Shown here: positions 47,229 through 48,753 of the stretch, piece after piece
Layout of the letters: the number at the start of each line of letters is the position of its first letter
Numbering within the stretch: position 1 is the first letter of the stretch
Source of the DNA: Candidatus Gastranaerophilales bacterium
Lineage (GTDB): Bacteria; Cyanobacteriota; Vampirovibrionia; Gastranaerophilales; Gastranaerophilaceae
Length of the DNA stretch: 48,753 bases
NCBI GenBank assembly: GCA_905236205.1
Contig: CAJOPF010000121.1
Span: forward strand, 1-48,753
Direction of reading: 5' to 3'
Position numbers and translations under genes: made by a program
The notes under the pieces: generated by a model
The model's input: the letters and a program-made list of their open reading frames with translations, nothing else
Databases searched by the model: none
Told to the model about the DNA's origin: nothing

Positions 47229-47741
47229 ATGGAACAAGTTTTACTACTTAATTCAGATTTACAGCCGCTCCACCTGACAACGTGGAAGAGGGCTTTGGTA
47301 TTACTTTTAAAGGGTAAGGCTGAGTGTATGGAAAAGATTAACAGTATTGAGGATTATATTGAGGTTGATAATACTCTTATACCGAAAGTAATTAAATTAA
47401 AAGAAAATAAGGCAATTCCATGTACGGAGTTGCCTTTTTCTAGGGAAAATATTTATAAACGAGATGAATATACTTGTCAATATTGTGGAAAACATTTATC
47501 AAGTGATGAATTAACGCTTGATCATGTCTATCCGAAATCGAGATTAGGTCCTGATACGTGGGAAAACATTGTTGCTTGCTGTAAAGAGTGTAATCAATAT
47601 AAAGCAAACAGAACACCGAAAGAAGCCGGCATGAAACTTTTGCGAAGACCTGAACGTCCTTCTGATGGAAAATTATTTGAGCTTACAAAAAACAGCAGTA
47701 AAAATGTAAAATATTGGTTAAAGTTTTATAAATCTGCTTAG
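47229..47741 (+). CDS. HNH endonuclease-family protein
   Basis: 170 aa with an HNH/zinc-finger core (CQYCGKHLSSDELTLDHVYPKSRLGPDTWENIVACCKECNQYKANRTP). The N-terminal LLLNSDLQPL...WKRALVLLLKGKAE is typical of a widespread stand-alone HNH family. No obvious SD. Confidence 0.8.
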   Translation: MEQVLLLNSDLQPLHLTTWKRALVLLLKGKAECMEKINSIEDYIEVDNTLIPKVIKLKENKAIPCTELPFSRENIYKRDEYTCQYCGKHLSSDELTLDHVYPKSRLGPDTWENIVACCKECNQYKANRTPKEAGMKLLRRPERPSDGKLFELTKNSSKNVKYWLKFYKSA

Positions 47742-48496
47742 TATTGAACTAATAAGCCAAAAAGTTCTCTTTGCCAATCATCTTGTTTTTCAACGTAGAA
47801 CGCTGCCCCTTTCTTTTGGCATGTTTGTTTATGGTCTTTTCTTGTTGATGCTGACATAACCGCTATAACTGGAACTTCTTCTCTTGCATGCGCTATTTTT
47901 TGAAGTTCTTCAAGAAGTATAAATCCTTCACGTTCCGTAGGTATATACAAATCCATAATTACGTAGTCAAAGGAACTTCTCTTGTATTGTTCAATAGCAT
48001 CATAAATCTCTTTTGAAGTAACGGGCAGATATCCTGCTCTTTTTAAAATTACGCTTAATTGGTAAATAATAATTCCTAAGTCATCAACTACAAGAACTTT
48101 TCCTTTTACAGGGTGTCCGTCTTCGTCGTAATATTGTCTTTTTGTACGATTGATTGCAGTCGGCTCGATAAATTGTAGTGTTGATTGGTTATAATTTAAC
48201 GGAATACCAAGTTGTTCCATTTCGGAGGCTTTTTGAACATTTGAAACTTTTGTTGCAAAAGAAGATAAATCAATTTCACTTTCTTTTGATACGCTTTGTG
48301 CAGTATTATCGGCTTGTTTTTTTGAATTTTCTTCTGTCAAATCTTTTAATGATTTTATTTTTTGTTCAATTTCCGTAAGCTGTTTTTTTAAACCTTGTAA
48401 GTCTACACTATCTAAAGAAGGAGCTGTCATTTCTGCCAACTCATAGAATTTTTTTATAAATTCTTCGTCAATTTCAATGTTCTTATTGTCAGACAT
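47738..48496 (-). CDS. Response-regulator receiver-domain protein with N-terminal coiled-coil region and no output domain
   Basis: 252 aa. The C-terminal REC domain has VLVVDD (acidic pocket), VIMDLYIP (phospho-acceptor Asp), AVMSAS and a conserved Lys (YVEK). The N-terminal region of about 125 aa is coiled-coil-like and Ser/Glu/Gln-rich. SD is AGAGGT. Confidence 0.75.
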   Translation of the reverse strand: MSDNKNIEIDEEFIKKFYELAEMTAPSLDSVDLQGLKKQLTEIEQKIKSLKDLTEENSKKQADNTAQSVSKESEIDLSSFATKVSNVQKASEMEQLGIPLNYNQSTLQFIEPTAINRTKRQYYDEDGHPVKGKVLVVDDLGIIIYQLSVILKRAGYLPVTSKEIYDAIEQYKRSSFDYVIMDLYIPTEREGFILLEELQKIAHAREEVPVIAVMSASTRKDHKQTCQKKGAAFYVEKQDDWQRELFGLLVQY

Positions 48497-48653
48497 TATT
48501 ACCTCTTATTTCATTAAAATTATAACACTATTTCAAAAAATTTACAAAATTTATATAAAATTTTTCAAAAAAGGCAATTTTTTTTTGAAAAATGTTTTTA
48601 TATAGATGTAGGTTTTAAAAGTATTATTTTGGCGTATAGATAAGGAGTTTTTA

Positions 48654-48753
48654 ATGTTTAGTGATGAGTTTATGCATTTTTTGATTAAGTACCAACAACC
48701 ATCTGAACCTCCAAAGAAAATAAGTGAAATTAAGTCTATTTCATTCCCAAAAC
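48654..48753 (+). CDS. 5' fragment of an unidentified CDS running off the window
   Basis: ATG at 48654 is preceded by TAAGGAG at good spacing. The frame stays open to the window end (MFSDEFMHFLIKYQQPSEPPKKISEIKSISFPK). It is too short to identify. Confidence 0.3.
   Translation, partial: MFSDEFMHFLIKYQQPSEPPKKISEIKSISFPK

Overview
AT-rich (about one-third G+C by eye), densely coding bacterial chromosomal window with about 50 credible CDS and one tRNA. It is almost entirely housekeeping. Genes present: atpD-atpC; ddh and dapA (mDAP/lysine synthesis); a BioG-like esterase; thioredoxin; a Na/Pi cotransporter; mutS; malQ; metF; tRNA-Lys(UUU); pth; a murC-murB-ddl-ftsQ cell-wall/division block followed by nadE; a DAACS transporter; yraN; tgt; ndk; miaA; gcvPB; a divergent sigma-70-family factor; rpsT; rpsB-tsf; rpmB; secD-secF; an lptC/lptA-like pair; ispH-rpsA; an HNH nuclease; and an orphan response regulator. 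LPS-transport genes indicate a diderm. The stand-alone beta-epsilon ATP synthase operon and the cyanobacteria-like AtpD N-terminus fit a non-photosynthetic cyanobacterial relative (Melainabacteria/Vampirovibrionia), but that is inference only. I see no transposase, integrase, prophage, CRISPR array or recognisable defence, toxin-antitoxin or biosynthetic cluster, and no convincing discrete novel system. The least explained parts are: (i) a three- to four-gene operon of uncharacterised envelope proteins containing a tandem paralogue pair (26812-29363); (ii) an inverted array of nine NGTGA(A/G)T heptads upstream of the Na/Pi transporter (7738-7811); (iii) a tightly coupled string of sigma factor, orphan gcvPB, DUF2229-like protein, membrane protein and miaA; (iv) a signal-peptide-less SLT-domain protein with an EF-hand-like loop between ribosomal protein genes; (v) an elongated LptA-like protein followed by a TPR protein where lptB usually sits; and (vi) a structured leader upstream of tRNA-Lys, whose terminator abuts the metF start. 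All family calls come from motif recognition by eye and need HMM or BLAST confirmation.
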